A stretch of DNA of 64,000 bases from an uncultured Spirochaetota bacterium (lineage in GTDB: Bacteria; Spirochaetota; Spirochaetia; SZUA-6; Fen-1364): positions 1 to 64,000 of the forward strand of contig CAWAHW010000005.1 in assembly GCA_963781885.1 (NCBI GenBank), read 5' to 3'. Under the pieces are notes generated by a model. That model was not told the origin of the DNA and did no database searches. It saw nothing but the letters and a program-made list of their open reading frames with translations. Of the stretch, positions 61,325-64,000 are shown piece after piece (the stretch's first letter is position 1; each line of letters starts with the position of its first letter). The position numbers were made by a program, and so were the translations under genes.

Positions 61325-62481
61325 GTGACGGTTCACTCTCGCAGGACGAAATAGACGCCCTGTTGCAGGGGACGGATGCGATCGAGATGGACACCGGGGC
61401 AGGCCCGGCCTCTTCTCCGCTTTCCGACGGCGAGCGCAGCGCGCTCCAGGAGATGCTCCGCGGAATCACGGAGAGCCAGGGCTCCAACCTCTCCATCCTC
61501 ACGGGCAAGACCGTTTCCATCGGCGACCCGACGGTCAAGGTGCGGCCGCCGACCGAGCTCCTGAGCGGCCAGCCGGAAGACGTCGTGGATGTGCGCGTGG
61601 ACCTCACCGACGGCCTCCAGGGGGAGCATTCCTACGTCGTGCCCGCCGCCGTGGCAGGCAATGTCGCCGGGCTCATGATGGGACAACCGGGTGGGGAGCT
61701 GGACGAGGCGTCCCTGTCGGCGGTGGCGGAGGCGATCTCCCAGATCACCGGCACCGCGGCAACCGCCATTGGCAACCAGGTGGGCCGGATGGTGAAGACG
61801 GCTCCTCCGGACCTGCGCCAGGCCAAACGCGCGCAGATCCGCGTTCCGCAGGGCGATTATTGCGTGACGGTGGAGTACCCCATCTCCATAGAAGGTTTCC
61901 CCACGGCCACGCTCACCGAGGTGTTCTCCCTGTCCCTGGCGAAAGAGATACTCTCCCTGTCCGCCGGCGGGGGGGCGGGGCAGGACCCGTTCGCCGCCGC
62001 GGGCATGTCGTCCGCGCCGGCACCCGCGCAGCCGGCCCAGAGGCCGGCACAGCGCGCGCAGCCCCAACCGCAGCAGCAGTCGGGATTTGGCGGTCAGCAG
62101 GGTTACCAGCAGACATTCGGCCAGACATTCGGCGGTCCCGCGCAGGGCCCGACAATGGCGCCGCCGAACGTGCAGCCCGTCCAGTTCGCCAATCTCCAGC
62201 CCATGCAGATGGGCGGGGAGCAGGGCAACATCGGTCTCCTCATGGACGTCTACATGGAGATGACCGTGGAGCTGGGCCGCACGCGCAAGCGCATCAAGGA
62301 TATCCTGGGGATCGGAGAGGGCACGATCATCGAGCTGGACAAGCTCGCCGGCGAGCCCGTCGACATCCTCGTGAATCACAAGCTCATCGCGAAGGGGGAA
62401 GTGGTTGTCATCGACGAAAACTTCGGCGTGCGCGTCACGGAGATCGTATCGCAGATAGACCGGATGAATGAGCTGACATAG
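61321..62481 (+). CDS. fliY: Flagellar switch protein FliY/FliN (CheC-like middle domain plus SpoA domain)
   Basis: LSQDEIDALL N-peptide; C-terminal TVELGRT...IELDKLAGEPVDILVN..LIAKGEVVVIDENFGVRVTEI. Confidence 0.88.
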   Translation: MSDGSLSQDEIDALLQGTDAIEMDTGAGPASSPLSDGERSALQEMLRGITESQGSNLSILTGKTVSIGDPTVKVRPPTELLSGQPEDVVDVRVDLTDGLQGEHSYVVPAAVAGNVAGLMMGQPGGELDEASLSAVAEAISQITGTAATAIGNQVGRMVKTAPPDLRQAKRAQIRVPQGDYCVTVEYPISIEGFPTATLTEVFSLSLAKEILSLSAGGGAGQDPFAAAGMSSAPAPAQPAQRPAQRAQPQPQQQSGFGGQQGYQQTFGQTFGGPAQGPTMAPPNVQPVQFANLQPMQMGGEQGNIGLLMDVYMEMTVELGRTRKRIKDILGIGEGTIIELDKLAGEPVDILVNHKLIAKGEVVVIDENFGVRVTEIVSQIDRMNELT

Positions 62482-62572
62482 GGACATACCGCGCGGGAAC
62501 GCGCGGGCAAAGATAGACCGCGCGAAAGCGCGGGCATCAGGTTCGATTTCAGATTTAACTGGGAGGGGAAAT

Positions 62573-63235
62573 CTGAAAAAGCAAACATTACGCGCGGCAT
62601 GCGCCGCATGCGCGCTTGCACTCGCCTTGCAGCCCCTGGCTGCGCAGGCGAAACTGATCACGGGAAGCGCCGGCACGGAGTCGACTCCGACCGCCGGGGC
62701 GTCTTCATCTTCGGCGGGAGCCATCGCCCCGGCAAAAGCGCTCGACGAATCGCAGATACCGCTGGGAGCCGCGGCGAACCCCGCCACGGGCCAGACGCAG
62801 ACCGCGCCGACCGCGGGGGTCTCCACGTGGGACTTCCTCCGCATGCTCCTGATCCTCGCGTGCGTGATCGGCGTCATCTACTTCCTGTTCTGGCTCCTGC
62901 GGCGCGGCGCGGGCAAGAAGATCCAGGAGAACGACCTGATCCACGTGCTGGGCTCGCGCGGGCTCTCCGGCAATCGCGCGCTCCACCTCGTGGAGGTTGG
63001 GTCGAGCATCTACCTCGTGGGTTCTTCCGACGGCGGCGTCGAGCTGATCTCCGAGATCACCGAAAAGGAGAGCCTGGACGCCCTGCGCCTGAAAGCGGCG
63101 GAGCAGTCGCCCGCGGGCCGTCGCACGTTCCAGCAGATACTCTCCGAGATCTTCCGCCCCGCCAAGCGGAACTTCTCCATCGGCGAGGGCATCGGCCTGC
63201 TCAAGGGCCAGCGCGAGAGGCTGCGGAAGCTATGA
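62573..63235 (+). CDS. fliO: Flagellar biosynthesis protein FliO/FliZ (probable CTG start)
   Basis: TM FLRMLLILACVIGVIYFLFWLL, LHLVEVG..IYLVG.S....LI.EI; between fliY and fliP; the CTG extension supplies a signal peptide. Confidence 0.85.
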   Translation: MKKQTLRAACAACALALALQPLAAQAKLITGSAGTESTPTAGASSSSAGAIAPAKALDESQIPLGAAANPATGQTQTAPTAGVSTWDFLRMLLILACVIGVIYFLFWLLRRGAGKKIQENDLIHVLGSRGLSGNRALHLVEVGSSIYLVGSSDGGVELISEITEKESLDALRLKAAEQSPAGRRTFQQILSEIFRPAKRNFSIGEGIGLLKGQRERLRKL

Positions 63236-64000
63236 GAAAAGCGACCGCCATCCTCCTCCTCTCGATCCTCCTGTTCTCGATGGTGCCCGTCGCCGCCCTC
63301 GCCCAGGCATCCACGGCCAGCACGACGTCGGGCGGCGCCTCCGCGGCGAGCCTGCCGGTGCCATTCGTCGACCTGAATGTGCGAACGGCAAAGAACAACG
63401 GCGAGGTGGTGCTCTCCGTCCAGCTCCTGCTGCTCCTCACCGTGCTCGCCATCGCGCCGTCGATCCTCATCCTCACCACGGCTTTCCTGCGCATCGCGAT
63501 CGTCTTCGACTTCATCCGCCGGGCGCTGTCCCTGAACACGTCGCCCCCGAACCAGGTGATGATGGGCCTTGCCCTGTTCCTCACCGTATTCATCATGTGG
63601 CCGACATTCACGACCATCTACACGAGCTCGCTGAAGCCATTTGCGGACGGGAAGATCGGCCTCTCCGACATGTACACGAACGCGGAGAAGCCTTTGCGCG
63701 CGTTCATGTTCAACCAGATGGGCAATGACGCCGACTCGATACGCCTGTTCATGAGCATGCGGGGCATGAACAAGCCCAACAGCCGCGCGGACGTGCCGAC
63801 GTTCGTGCTGGTCCCCGCATTCGTCATCCACGAGATGACCGTCGCGTTCAAGATCGGGATCCTCTTGTTCATCCCGTTCATCATCATCGACATGGTCGTG
63901 GCCTCGACGCTCATGTCGATGGGCATGATCATGCTGCCGCCCGTGATGATCTCCACGCCGTTCAAGCTCATCCTGTTCGTGCTCGTGAACGGCTGGGGCC
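63232..64000 (+). CDS. fliP: Flagellar export pore protein FliP (runs off window)
   Basis: ATG 63232; LLLLTVLAIAPSILILTTAFLRI, PPNQV, PAFVIHE..AFKIG, PFIIIDMVVAS.LMSMGMIMLPP, PFKLILFVL.NGW. Confidence 0.96.
   Translation, partial: MRKATAILLLSILLFSMVPVAALAQASTASTTSGGASAASLPVPFVDLNVRTAKNNGEVVLSVQLLLLLTVLAIAPSILILTTAFLRIAIVFDFIRRALSLNTSPPNQVMMGLALFLTVFIMWPTFTTIYTSSLKPFADGKIGLSDMYTNAEKPLRAFMFNQMGNDADSIRLFMSMRGMNKPNSRADVPTFVLVPAFVIHEMTVAFKIGILLFIPFIIIDMVVASTLMSMGMIMLPPVMISTPFKLILFVLVNGWG

Overview
High-GC chromosomal segment from a spirochaete (Spirochaetota). The assignment rests on the reduced dcw cluster running into xerD-dprA-topA-xerC-hslVU, the large periplasmic-flagellum operon containing the collar gene flbB, and FlgE with the lysinoalanine cross-link residues. 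1-24 kb holds accessory and housekeeping genes: recQ (partial), ABC-F, exported MsrA, a VWA protein, a Yej/Opp-type peptide ABC operon with a divergent Zn-aminopeptidase, URO-D-family/galM/uxaC, an MBL-cNMP protein, ldh, an S1C-PDZ/LuxR pair, a nucleosidase, and RHH-USP-pcm-DegT-like genes. 24-32 kb holds nadK-recN, cdd, a beta-propeller/M23/methyltransferase trio and DUF1820-hypothetical-STAS. 32.5-48.5 kb is mraZ through ftsZ and xerD through hslU. 48.6-64 kb is flgB through fliP (partial). About ten single-base frameshifts, including in essential genes, look like long-read indel errors. Main observations: (1) a family of REP-like CGCGG-TANN-CCGCG hairpins amplified into five spacer-less tandem arrays just after stop codons; (2) a candidate terminated small RNA presenting a perfect anti-Shine-Dalgarno loop; (3) Ser178-type FlgE; (4) motA/motB missing from their usual slot between flbD and fliL; (5) a probable CTG start for fliO; (6) several candidate pseudo-enzymes. 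No rRNA, tRNA, CRISPR, transposase or prophage was seen.
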